32,000 nucleotides of DNA from Vulcanisaeta distributa DSM 14429 (GTDB lineage: Archaea > Thermoproteota > Thermoprotei > Thermoproteales > Thermocladiaceae). A program made the translations under genes and the position numbers. Location: assembly GCF_000148385.1 (NCBI RefSeq), contig NC_014537.1, positions 2,100,001-2,132,000 of the forward strand, in the 5' to 3' direction. A model generated the notes under the pieces. That model saw only the letters and a list, made by a program, of their open reading frames with translations. It ran no database searches and was not told where the DNA came from. Each line of letters opens with the position of its first letter. The first letter of the stretch is position 1. Positions 7,599 through 15,719 of the stretch are shown piece by piece.

Positions 7599-9176
7599 TC
7601 ATTTCAGCTCATCCTTAAAAGGATTTGTAAATTCCTCATCAAGCTTAAGCACCTCCTCTGGGATCTCCTGGTTATTCTGTGAATTTTGACCTGAGTTACT
7701 TGTGCCTGCGGTGTTATTCTCCACATTCTTAATGAACTTCTCGGGATCCTTGTAAAAGGCATATAGTAAGCCAGCCAGTTGTTCGTAATTAAGCCCGGAA
7801 TTCACAGCCCTCATTAAGAAGGCCCTCCTATACTGTAACTGCTTTATTACGTACTCATCACCGTAAGTCTTACCCAGTATCTTCATATACTCGTCTGAGT
7901 TGAATATGGACCTTACGAACCTGTGCGTGACCAGTTCATACACATTGGTCACCTGGTTATACCTGGACTGCTTCATTATGCCCAACTCTACGACGACGGC
8001 TATGTTCAGGAGATCCCTGGCCTCTAGACCAAGGTTCTCAAGCCTAACCTCTGCGGCCTTGAAATTATCTGCGTGGAATGTGGTTAGGGCTCCATGACCA
8101 AGGGTTATGGCCTCAGCCAATGCCTTGAACTCTTCGTAGCTTCTAGCCTCGTTTAAAACAATTATATCCACACCACTCCTGAGGGCTTGTTTTATTAACT
8201 CGGCCTTATTGATATTCCTGATTCCGTGAGCGTAGGAAACCCTCTCGAACATGGGTTTTACGACCTTGTGGTACGGTAGGAAGAGCTCGGCTACGTCCAT
8301 TATTATCGCCATAGGCCTATTCACGAGCATGTACGCAATGGCATTCTGCAGGCTGGTCTTTCCAGCGCCCATGGGACCTATGATCAGGACTGGGACCTTA
8401 TGCTCAGCCAGCAACCAAAGTCGGGCAGCATCATCAATGCTTATCATGCCCCTACTCACCATTTCGGGGAGTGTCCATGGCCTCCTGGGCAAAACCCTAA
8501 TGCTTATGGAACCCATGCTGACCGGCTCAGCCTCTATGGAGATCCTAACGCCAAACTCCGAGTCAACTATGGATGCCACCGGGTTGTAGGCGGTAATTGG
8601 CGTCCCCGCCCTACGACTGGCCCTCCTCATTATGTAATTCACGAAACCATTGAAGTCAAACCTTATGGTCTTAACTACCTTCTTACCCTTTCTGACGTCG
8701 TAGGGCTCCCAACCAATTATAACCCTGACGAGACCAAGCTCTGAGTGATCGACGTATATCCCACCAAGGCCGAACTTACTCCCCTCCTTGTTTATGTAGA
8801 TGTCGGTCACGTCATCCATCATCAGGACTGGCGTTAGGGGCCCATAATGGTTATTCCACCTCAGGAATAGGTTTGTGGCGAGCATGACATTATCCTGGCT
8901 TGCCTTAACACTCACCTCCTTAAGTCCCTTGGTAATGGCCTTACTGGACTCCATCCCCGACCCAATCCACTCAACTATTTTCTCGATTGGCAATGCTATT
9001 GCCCAGTCTGGTACATTGTCGATAACGTAGGCTATGTAATCGTGAGTACCGTACTGGGGATCAACAACCCTATACACATCTATATCCGTCTTGATTCCAT
9101 CAACCTCAATGACGTAGTGCTTAACTAATTCCTCACCAATAACCTTAGGCCTAGACACATGCATGGTCATCACCAC
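7599..9176 (-). CDS. Type IV pilus/archaellum-type secretion ATPase (FlaI/TadA/VirB11 = T2SS-E family)
   Basis: 525 aa. Walker A LIIGPMGAGKTSL, Asp/Walker B box DIIVLNEAR, His box LGHGALTTFHADN. The track start is GTG at 9176. ATG at 9170 overlaps the stop of the upstream membrane-protein gene (TGATG) and is an equally good start. Confidence 0.85.
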   Translation of the reverse strand: MVMTMHVSRPKVIGEELVKHYVIEVDGIKTDIDVYRVVDPQYGTHDYIAYVIDNVPDWAIALPIEKIVEWIGSGMESSKAITKGLKEVSVKASQDNVMLATNLFLRWNNHYGPLTPVLMMDDVTDIYINKEGSKFGLGGIYVDHSELGLVRVIIGWEPYDVRKGKKVVKTIRFDFNGFVNYIMRRASRRAGTPITAYNPVASIVDSEFGVRISIEAEPVSMGSISIRVLPRRPWTLPEMVSRGMISIDDAARLWLLAEHKVPVLIIGPMGAGKTSLQNAIAYMLVNRPMAIIMDVAELFLPYHKVVKPMFERVSYAHGIRNINKAELIKQALRSGVDIIVLNEARSYEEFKALAEAITLGHGALTTFHADNFKAAEVRLENLGLEARDLLNIAVVVELGIMKQSRYNQVTNVYELVTHRFVRSIFNSDEYMKILGKTYGDEYVIKQLQYRRAFLMRAVNSGLNYEQLAGLLYAFYKDPEKFIKNVENNTAGTSNSGQNSQNNQEIPEEVLKLDEEFTNPFKDELK

Positions 9177-10243
9177 GTCAGCGGTATTAACGGTATGAGG
9201 AATAGGGGTATTAGAACCACGCCAAGGCCTATGGAGTGCATGGCCTTACCCGTGAGTATGGCCGTGGACACGGCCAGCGGTATTAAGGCAGCCGATATGC
9301 CACTCACGTTAAACGTTATGGGCATCTGAACATTGGCTATGACAGCACCCGCATTAAGTGATGAAAGGATGTATGCCGTGAATAGCGTGAAGACATAACC
9401 AATGGTTATAAACGGCCCATAAACTAACCCAGTCGTCACCGACCTCTTAACGTAGTCAACGAATGCGCTGACAACCATCACAATCCTCTCCACGAACTCA
9501 CGAACACCAACCGAGTACGCGTAATCCCATAGAGGCATCAACTCCCTCTCAATTATTGTTATAGGTCTCAGTGGTTCTGGGCTTGGTGAGTTGAGCAGTT
9601 CGCCAAAGGATTTCAGCACCCTCGAACCCAGGCCAGCGTAATCCCTAATGAACCTGAGGAATTGTGGTATGTAGAAAACCGCGAAGCCTATTCCAAACCC
9701 AAACAATACCAGCAGGGCTATCTTCTCAGCACCCGCATGAAGTAGGTAACCCAATGCGTAACCTATCGCACCAGCGACGATTCCCGCGATACTGGGCTTT
9801 CCGTAGTCATATCTCGTGATCTCGACCTGGAAGTAGTGTATCACCGGCACCATGACAATGCCGACGAGGCCGACGATGGGCGGCACACCCAGTATTATTA
9901 GGAATGATAAGACGCCAATCATTATGCTTAGTACCGTTATCGCAACCAGGGCCTGGGTTTGAAAATCAATTTGCTGATTAAGTAATGCCGTGTACTTATT
10001 CATCAGGGCTAGGAAGGTTATGCCTGGGTCCGAGCCCGCTGAAAAATACGTACTCGCCAATGCAACCAACTCACGCCTGTAATCCCTGGGGAGCATCCAT
10101 GGGTTACCGAGGGAATTAAGTATAGTGGCTACTCTATTCCACGCCCTACTTAGCTTGGCGGACTCATTAACTGCGAACTCAACTCCCTCAATGGGCACCC
10201 TAATTATGAATACTAAGTCCGAAACAATTTCTCTAAGGTTCAT
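9170..10243 (-). CDS. Polytopic membrane platform protein, FlaJ/TadC/PilC-like (T2SS-F-like architecture)
   Basis: 357 aa with a two-fold architecture. A soluble helical segment (about 1-95) is followed by a TM cluster, then a second soluble segment (about 195-265) and a second TM cluster. Translationally coupled to the secretion ATPase. Assignment rests on architecture and context, not a verified HMM hit. Confidence 0.6.
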   Translation of the reverse strand: MNLREIVSDLVFIIRVPIEGVEFAVNESAKLSRAWNRVATILNSLGNPWMLPRDYRRELVALASTYFSAGSDPGITFLALMNKYTALLNQQIDFQTQALVAITVLSIMIGVLSFLIILGVPPIVGLVGIVMVPVIHYFQVEITRYDYGKPSIAGIVAGAIGYALGYLLHAGAEKIALLVLFGFGIGFAVFYIPQFLRFIRDYAGLGSRVLKSFGELLNSPSPEPLRPITIIERELMPLWDYAYSVGVREFVERIVMVVSAFVDYVKRSVTTGLVYGPFITIGYVFTLFTAYILSSLNAGAVIANVQMPITFNVSGISAALIPLAVSTAILTGKAMHSIGLGVVLIPLFLIPLIPLTW

Positions 10244-10326
10244 CGTAGTGATGGCATAATTACTTTAAAAGGGATGATGCATAAAAATGATGATTTTTAT
10301 TTGTTTTTAACAACGCCGTTGATTAC

Positions 10327-10755
10327 TCACGAGACGGTTATTGGCTGAGTACCCGCGTTTGTGGTTACATCAACCGTCGTAACGCTTGAGCAGCTGGAGC
10401 CTGAGTAAATGAGCGACAGTGTGTCGCCGGGTTTAAGGCTCCATGGTGGGGATGTCGTGGATAGTGGCTGGCCATTAAGCATTACCGAGCTTAATGTACA
10501 GCCGGACGTTACAGTACTGCTTCCTGAGTATAACGTAACATTGCTTATGGTTATCGTACCAACGCCCGCGGCCTTTAAGTTAATGATTAATTGACCACCC
10601 GCAGTTGTTGCCTGCCCAGTCAGTGAGTTGGCTATGCTTAGGGACTTCGTTGCGCCATTGTACACTATGTATAGTATCACAACCGCCATTACTATACTTA
10701 CCACAGTTACCACGACCCATAGCAGATTGAACTCACCTCTAGTCGACCTACCCAT
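10327..10755 (-). CDS. Type IV pilin-like protein with class III (prepilin) signal peptide; likely major pilin
   Basis: 142 aa. N-terminus MGRSTRG|EFNLLWVVVTVVSIVMAVVILYIVY has a short basic leader, Gly at -1 and a roughly 25-residue hydrophobic helix. The C-terminal part is Ser/Thr/Gly-rich and beta-like. Has its own TATA-like promoter and is followed by a T-stretch. Confidence 0.7.
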   Translation of the reverse strand: MGRSTRGEFNLLWVVVTVVSIVMAVVILYIVYNGATKSLSIANSLTGQATTAGGQLIINLKAAGVGTITISNVTLYSGSSTVTSGCTLSSVMLNGQPLSTTSPPWSLKPGDTLSLIYSGSSCSSVTTVDVTTNAGTQPITVS

Positions 10756-10778
10756 ATTGGTCAGAATTAAGTACTGAA

Positions 10779-10790
10779 TTTATTTTTAAG
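10779..10790 (-). promoter_or_regulatory. TATA-box-like element (cttaaaaataaa on the minus strand) for the pilin gene
   Basis: Lies 23 nt upstream of the pilin ATG (10755). This spacing fits a leaderless or very short-leader archaeal mRNA. Confidence 0.5.
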
Positions 10791-10912
10791 GGGAATTAAA
10801 CGTAAAAAAAATCCATGGAAACACAGGGCATATTAACCCTACTTAGTTATTACCCCAGTCCTCACTTTGGACTTAGTTTACGTAAACTCACGGAGACTAA
10901 GTACTTCACGGC

Positions 10913-11896
10913 TTAATGCTGGGTATTGGCCTCATTATTAATGCCCGTACGCCAAACCCACCAACCAAAGGTTTCCCTGTAAGTACCTGGTTCTGCGCTT
11001 AACTCGCCATAGTACACGTAGTCGTGTATCGAGGCTACGTATAGGCTAAACGGCACCATGACACCGAGTGCGGCCTGCGGATTGCTTATGTAGATAATGT
11101 CCAGCTTACAGGGCACTATGTATATTATTGATGAGGAATTAACGAGTATGTTAGTGAGGGCTAAGTAGCCGTAGTAGGTCCTGTTGAATGCCAACGTTAT
11201 GTTGAATGATAATGCATCAAGCGTTACATAGTCATTACTCATATTCACTACCTTGACTGTGGGAATGGGGCCATTTCCAGCGACATCCCCCATGATAACG
11301 ACCGTGAAGCCTGGGAATGGGTAGTTCATGGTCTCATTACTAACCGCCACATAGCTCACCCCATAAATTGGGAAGAAACTTGCCGACCCATTTATCGGTA
11401 AATACATGGGTAGGTAAACAGCGTGCATAAGTTCTGTCCCATACGGCAGTGAGAAATTGTAACAGCCCGCACCACACGTGAGTAGGTTCATCTCCCGTAA
11501 TAACCAATCGGGTGCAACCCACGTGGTTATGAACCACACAGTCCCATTCGGCATCACCAAGGCACGGCCCCAACACCACCCAGTCCCCATTAGATAACCC
11601 GTGTAATTCCACCAAGTCTCGCTGGAGTTCACATTGCCCATGGGTATGAAGACCGTCCTGTTTACGTAAACAAGAATTGATTGATTCACGTACCTGGTTA
11701 TGTGCGTCACATTACTCGAAGTACCCACGGCCTTATATACCTCATTAACCTCAACAAGGCCCAGGGCCTTGGCAATGGGCTGTAACGGCCTAAGGCGCGG
11801 GCTTATCAATATTATTACCAACAACGCAATCAGCACTATGATGAGCACCTTGGCCGCCGTATCGACGTACCGCCACCAATAGATTAACCTACTCAT
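10913..11896 (-). CDS. Membrane-anchored extracellular protein, heavily N-glycosylation-sequon-rich, ORFan
   Basis: 327 aa. N-terminal signal-anchor AKVLIIVLIALLVIILISP. About 13 N-x-S/T sequons by my count. Trp/Tyr/Asn-rich beta-type composition. No family recognised. Confidence 0.55.
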   Translation of the reverse strand: MSRLIYWWRYVDTAAKVLIIVLIALLVIILISPRLRPLQPIAKALGLVEVNEVYKAVGTSSNVTHITRYVNQSILVYVNRTVFIPMGNVNSSETWWNYTGYLMGTGWCWGRALVMPNGTVWFITTWVAPDWLLREMNLLTCGAGCYNFSLPYGTELMHAVYLPMYLPINGSASFFPIYGVSYVAVSNETMNYPFPGFTVVIMGDVAGNGPIPTVKVVNMSNDYVTLDALSFNITLAFNRTYYGYLALTNILVNSSSIIYIVPCKLDIIYISNPQAALGVMVPFSLYVASIHDYVYYGELSAEPGTYRETFGWWVWRTGINNEANTQH

Positions 11897-11956
11897 TTAC
11901 ATCACCCCATGAGGACCTTAATAAGGTGTTATCACGTAGAACTACGGCCCAGCTCA

Positions 11957-12751
11957 CTAGGGGGGTGATGGTGGAAGGCATATTGGTGGAAGAGGTGGTG
12001 AGTTGCCGAATAATACTGGAAATGTGTAGCAAACCTCGTTTACCTGCGTGCAATTAACATTAAATTTTATGGTGCTGCCTATATTGAATGTGTTACTAAC
12101 GTAGTATGGTTTGATCCAGCATGTGTAGTTAACTGGGTCTCCAGCCAATGAGGCTCTCATGTTTATTTGTATTGGCGTGTACGGTGGGTTTATGTAAAAC
12201 ACCGATGAGCTGGATCCACTAACTATGTAGTATTGAAAGAGGGGTCCCGTAACTATAAACCAATTACCAAGTCTTGTGAAATTTAGGTAATTCCATGTTA
12301 TCACCCAGGTTGCGTTATACGGGTCGTTAACTACAACGGTGATTGCATTACCCACGCCTGTGTAGTCATCAATCCAACCATTTACGTTCACCGTGGTGCA
12401 TGTACTTGGGTCAATGGCTGAGCACACGAATACCGCAACTGGTAATTGATTGGTCTGGTAAAACCACCACTGGTTTTGATTAAGTACGTTGCTGTTCACA
12501 TTGATTACTCCACCATTAGCTAGTAATATCTTCTTGACTATGAATGGTTCATGGCCCGTGTTCACGACACCTAGGTAATAACCACCATTGTAGGGTACAA
12601 CGTCGGCCACGGGCCATAGGTAATTCTCAAGCACCTGCCTATGTACATAGACGTAATAGCCATAGAGCCCACCACCGAGTACCATCGATATGATGACCAT
12701 GGCCAGTATGAATCCTATGGTTCCCGTCAGTATTTCATCAAAGGTCATCAT
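11957..12751 (-). CDS. Membrane-anchored extracellular protein, possibly a minor-pilin-like subunit, ORFan
   Basis: 264 aa. N-terminus MMTFDEILTG|TIGFILAMVIISMVLGG resembles a class III signal (Gly then hydrophobic helix) but lacks the usual basic residue at -2. Four N-x-S/T sequons. Pro-rich C-terminus SPPLPPICLPPSPP. Confidence 0.5.
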   Translation of the reverse strand: MMTFDEILTGTIGFILAMVIISMVLGGGLYGYYVYVHRQVLENYLWPVADVVPYNGGYYLGVVNTGHEPFIVKKILLANGGVINVNSNVLNQNQWWFYQTNQLPVAVFVCSAIDPSTCTTVNVNGWIDDYTGVGNAITVVVNDPYNATWVITWNYLNFTRLGNWFIVTGPLFQYYIVSGSSSSVFYINPPYTPIQINMRASLAGDPVNYTCWIKPYYVSNTFNIGSTIKFNVNCTQVNEVCYTFPVLFGNSPPLPPICLPPSPP

Positions 12752-12780
12752 TGATTAATATTGCATTATTTAAAAGCGGG

Positions 12781-13065
12781 TCAGGGCGTGGTTGTTTGAT
12801 TAATCGGTATTGATGGGCACGAGACGTACGTTATGCCGTTATTGCTATAGTAGAGGCAGTACCCATCGGTTTGTGGGGAATTCACGGCACTGCTTGAATT
12901 TATTGGGCTTGGTGGTTTATACGCGCCCATTGATCCTGCCCAGCGCACTTTGTCCATGCTTGATTTCAGAAGTGGCATGCTTATTGCAATTAACCCAATT
13001 ATTGCTATTACTGTTAATGCCATTATCACCGCAATTAGTAGTGATGATATTCCCCTTGTTGACAT
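12781..13065 (-). CDS. Small pilin-like protein with class III signal peptide
   Basis: 94 aa. N-terminus MSTRG|ISSLLIAVIMALTVIAIIGLIAI shares the STRG pre-cleavage motif with the 142-aa pilin. A TATA-like cttataaag element sits about 22 nt upstream of the ATG. Confidence 0.6.
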   Translation of the reverse strand: MSTRGISSLLIAVIMALTVIAIIGLIAISMPLLKSSMDKVRWAGSMGAYKPPSPINSSSAVNSPQTDGYCLYYSNNGITYVSCPSIPINQTTTP

Positions 13066-13090
13066 TGATTAATTATTAGTTATTCTCTTT

Positions 13091-13155
13091 ATAAGGGTTT
13101 TCAAGTAGAATTGAAAACAAAAAATTATAGGCTATATAGTGAAAAAATTTATAGA
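13091..13155. promoter_or_regulatory. Divergent promoter region with two TATA-like boxes
   Basis: The 115-bp AT-rich spacer holds ctttataagg (13091-13100; on the minus strand it sits about 22-27 nt upstream of the ATG at 13065). It also holds tttataga (13148-13155; on the plus strand 25 nt upstream of the ATG at 13181). Confidence 0.45.
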
Positions 13156-13180
13156 ATAACAGTAACACTTTTAATGTATA

Positions 13181-13882
13181 ATGAGGTTCGTGAACGACAG
13201 AGGCGAGGTATTAGATGAGGATGGTATGGTAATGGGTATAATCTATGAAGGCACTGAGTATTACCCAGCCCTACCGAGGTATCATAATAACGTTATCGCG
13301 AAAAGCGGTGTCAGCGAGACTTATAGGCGTATCATGCTAATTAAGAGGGCGTTCATGCCCGTGGAGGGCGTTAGGGATATCGAAGACCTAGTTAAGAATT
13401 GGGTCAACGAGTTCAAGCTGGTCCTTGGTAGGGCTGGAATACCATATAGTGAGGAGCAAGTGGTGGCGCTGGCCACGTCATTAAGGGGCAGGTGGCCTGT
13501 GAAGAGGCCAACGCCCTATGAAGTGCTTGAGTGCGTTCTAGACCCTGGCTGCATTAAGTATAGTCCAGGCCTTAGGAGGCTCATTGAGGATAAGTTCAAT
13601 GAGGTGTTTGGTTCATTAATTAGTGTGCACATAAACAGGGTACTCAGGGAGTGGGGCCTTGAGGGTGCCATTAATGTTAACGAGGTACTCAATAAGTACG
13701 CCGATATAATCAGAATAACAAAGTTTAGGAAAAGGCACTTCTATAGGAGAACACTTATTGAGCTTGCAATAACCGCGGTACTCCTTGATAATTTAGATAG
13801 GAAGGACGTTGAGGACATACTCAGGGGGTTGGGTAAGGAGGAGCTCATTAAAATAATTGATGCATTATATGGGTCACAGTGA
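13181..13882 (+). CDS. Hypothetical protein (233 aa), ORFan
   Basis: ATG preceded by a TATA-like box at -25. Soluble, charged and helical composition. No motif recognised. Confidence 0.5.
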   Translation: MRFVNDRGEVLDEDGMVMGIIYEGTEYYPALPRYHNNVIAKSGVSETYRRIMLIKRAFMPVEGVRDIEDLVKNWVNEFKLVLGRAGIPYSEEQVVALATSLRGRWPVKRPTPYEVLECVLDPGCIKYSPGLRRLIEDKFNEVFGSLISVHINRVLREWGLEGAINVNEVLNKYADIIRITKFRKRHFYRRTLIELAITAVLLDNLDRKDVEDILRGLGKEELIKIIDALYGSQ

Positions 13883-14039
13883 TAGCGGGTCTTCCTGAAT
13901 TATTTCTAGTGCTACGATGACAACAAGGCGCTGATGTCATCGTGCGCACTCTGGGTATTGTGGTTCTACACGTTATTAATATTTAGAAGATTTATCAATA
14001 ATTACCTAATTAACTTCTCACATTATTAAAAAATAATTC

Positions 14040-15464
14040 ATGGGCATCATTAAGACTAGCCTTATAAAAGCGTTAATAGACAAAATAAAGAGATTAATGG
14101 AGGTCAAGGATGTAATAATAAGGCTTGGCATTGTGAGGGATAGGTATGAAATGAGGCTTAGGGATTTATTGAGAAATTTCACTGTGCCTAATTGGCATCC
14201 ATGTCCATGCCCGCACGGTGAGACGGAAAGGGCTATTGTTGAGGGTCACATTGAGGAGCTGGCGAGGGTTGGTGGCAAGCTTCTTCAGCCCATGATCGTG
14301 CTTCATCTGGATAGTGCCAATTACCTAATTGCCGATGTATGCATATACAACGTCCTATCAACACTGCCGGAAAGCATGAATTACGTGCTTGATAGGGTAC
14401 GAACTGAGGTTTGGGACCTTGGAAAATTCAGTAGTGAGGAGAGATACGTGGCGATGGCCATGGCCACCACGATATGCATAGCCTACAAGAATAGGGTCTT
14501 GAAGGAAGTTAAGCTACACTTTGCCAGAGAGCTGATCAGGAATTACGTACTTAATGTTGCGGAGATGGACTGGAGAGGGGCCGAGGCCATGATAGAGGGG
14601 TTAAGCAGGTATGAGGGTGTCATGGGTATAGCTAGGGAACTCGCCAATGTGCTCGGCATGAGCGAGAGGAATGCCCATAGGTACATAATCGCGGTGTTAA
14701 ACGAGGACTTCATAAATGAGTTAAGGAGCCTTGTGAGGAATAGGGTGTTGCAGGTTAAACCTGGCGATAACAATGTAGATAGAGCTGATGTGGCGGAGAA
14801 CGCTGTACCAACCAAGGCATCAAAGAATCAATTAGACATATCCAAGAGAATATACATAACACAGATAGCCAAGCGCATTAATGTATCGACGAGTGAGTTA
14901 GAGGACTTGAGTAAACTAACGCAGCGTAATTTAGCAACCCTCACTAGGAGAGTCAGGGAGTTAAGCCCTGAGGCAGGTAAAAGCCTCGTGAGTAGGATAA
15001 TTAAGGCGATCAGGGATAATAATATGGAGGAGGCCGTGGCATTAATAGAGAAGACACCCAGTGACTACGGTGATAATCCCAGTCCTGTGATTGCGATTGA
15101 TGATTTTAGCGATGTTCATGTAGAAAGTGATAGGCATAGGGTGTATAGGTTAAGGGTTGGCGACATTGAATGCCCAGAGGAGTTATGTCCTGTGTATAGG
15201 AGGGTAATTAGGGCATTAAAGAATAGTGATTTAGAGTTACTTTATGAGGCCATGAGAGCACTCACGAGGCAGATGAATAGGGATGAGTTATTATGGGCAA
15301 TAGAAAAGAGGCTGGATAACGAGGACTTCAGAAAACTAATGAACATGATAATAAATGATACCAACGAGTCAATGAGCAGGGAATTACTAAGCCTGCTGGA
15401 AACCATAATTAAAGGGGATCAGGATAATGCATGTAAATTAATACATGAAATAATTAAATCATAA
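14040..15464 (+). CDS. Hypothetical protein (474 aa), helical, with Cys/His motifs and internal repeats, ORFan
   Basis: Contains a HPCPCPHGETE motif near residue 53 and ECPEELCP near residue 378. The C-terminal third holds three similar helical segments: RIIKAIRDNNMEEAVALIEK, RVIRALKNSDLELLYEAMRAL and ETIIKGDQDNACKLIHEIIK. No family recognised. Confidence 0.5.
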   Translation: MGIIKTSLIKALIDKIKRLMEVKDVIIRLGIVRDRYEMRLRDLLRNFTVPNWHPCPCPHGETERAIVEGHIEELARVGGKLLQPMIVLHLDSANYLIADVCIYNVLSTLPESMNYVLDRVRTEVWDLGKFSSEERYVAMAMATTICIAYKNRVLKEVKLHFARELIRNYVLNVAEMDWRGAEAMIEGLSRYEGVMGIARELANVLGMSERNAHRYIIAVLNEDFINELRSLVRNRVLQVKPGDNNVDRADVAENAVPTKASKNQLDISKRIYITQIAKRINVSTSELEDLSKLTQRNLATLTRRVRELSPEAGKSLVSRIIKAIRDNNMEEAVALIEKTPSDYGDNPSPVIAIDDFSDVHVESDRHRVYRLRVGDIECPEELCPVYRRVIRALKNSDLELLYEAMRALTRQMNRDELLWAIEKRLDNEDFRKLMNMIINDTNESMSRELLSLLETIIKGDQDNACKLIHEIIKS

Positions 15465-15690
15465 TAATCCCTGTCTCAACATTTATCATAGGCGGGTATC
15501 CCATCCTTATGCTAGATGGCTTCATAATATTAAAGTTAGTATAGTATCACTAATATTGCGGTATTTTATTTAAAATTAATGAATTTCATTTAATAAAATT
15601 TTATAAAAATGGAAAAATTTTTATCAATTTACTACAATAATGTCAAGGCCAGCGCACGATAACTATCAACCCAAAACAATAATGAAAAAC

Positions 15691-15697
15691 CTTTAAA
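15691..15697 (+). promoter_or_regulatory. TATA-like box (ctttaaa) for the tRNA gene
   Basis: Ends 22 nt upstream of tRNA nucleotide 1 (15720) and is preceded by a purine-rich BRE-like gaaaaac. Confidence 0.45.
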
Positions 15698-15719
15698 CTC
15701 TTACAATCATAACTTACCC

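Noticed and set aside
10244-10326. AATGATGA (10286-10293), a C-box-like string in the spacer between the pilin and platform genes
   Set aside because: No D or D' box (CTGA) at the appropriate 12-nt spacing and no C' box. The region is better explained as the pilin terminator T-run plus a TATA box (cttttaaag on the minus strand) for the platform-ATPase-ParA operon.
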